Shown: in pieces, positions 63,715 to 64,000 of the stretch | Layout of the letters: each line of letters begins with the position of its first letter | Numbering within the stretch: position 1 is the stretch's first letter | Source: Callorhinchus milii | Taxonomy: Eukaryota | Length of the DNA stretch: 64,000 nt | Reading direction: 5' to 3' | Assembly: GCF_018977255.1 (NCBI RefSeq) | Contig: NW_024704743.1 | Coordinates: 91,390,001 to 91,454,000 of the forward strand | Notes under the pieces: model-generated | What the model was told of the DNA's origin: nothing | What the model saw: the letters and a program-made list of their open reading frames with translations, nothing else | Database searches by the model: none | Made by a program: the position numbers and the translations under genes

Positions 63715-64000
63715 CAAGCTGGTTGAGTTGCTTGCACTCTTGCTTCTGAGTCATAAGGTTGTGGTTTCAAGTGATGTGGAGACTTGGAACCCATACAGTC
63801 AGTCTATGCTGAAACTCCACTGCTGGGCTGTATTGTCATGACATGTGGATGAGATGTCAAACCATCTGTCTGCCCAGATAAGCATAAAAGATCCTACAGC
63901 ATTGTTTGAAAAGAGAAAGGAGTTTCTCCTGGTGCCCTGGACAATAATCCCCCAATTAAAATGTGTCACTTGTTCCATGACTGCCGCGTTTGCCCACAGA
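63715..64000 (+). mobile_element. Old SINE running off the window end
   Basis: gcactcttgcttctgagtcataaggttgtgg head, ggagtttctcctggtgccctggacaataatcccc body and ctgccgcgtttgcccaca core. Confidence 0.7.

Overview
Vertebrate genomic DNA, AT-rich and repeat-dense. The SINE, L2, CR1 and Penelope-like repeat complement suggests a cartilaginous fish, possibly a chimaera/elephant-shark relative (inference). The window holds the 3' half of an hnRNP C-family gene, RALYL, on the minus strand. Four coding exons (43964-44011, 27452-27615, 20981-21094, 8891-9069) have canonical AG/GT ends and splice in frame; the RRM exons were not found and probably lie beyond position 64000, and the terminal exon is unresolved. 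The rest is intron or downstream DNA with young tRNA-Ala-headed Deu-type SINEs, older SINEs, L2 and CR1 fragments, a solo LTR with a 4-bp TSD, and Penelope-like mini-elements with a degenerate hammerhead core. The most unusual observation is a 77-bp inverted copy (3883-3959) of the 3' end and splice donor of the acidic-tail exon, about 5 kb downstream. It could pair with the exon in pre-mRNA like an ADAR editing-complementary sequence or a splice-site mask. No prokaryotic features or CRISPR arrays are present; nearly all listed ORFs are spurious. Repeat boundaries are approximate.
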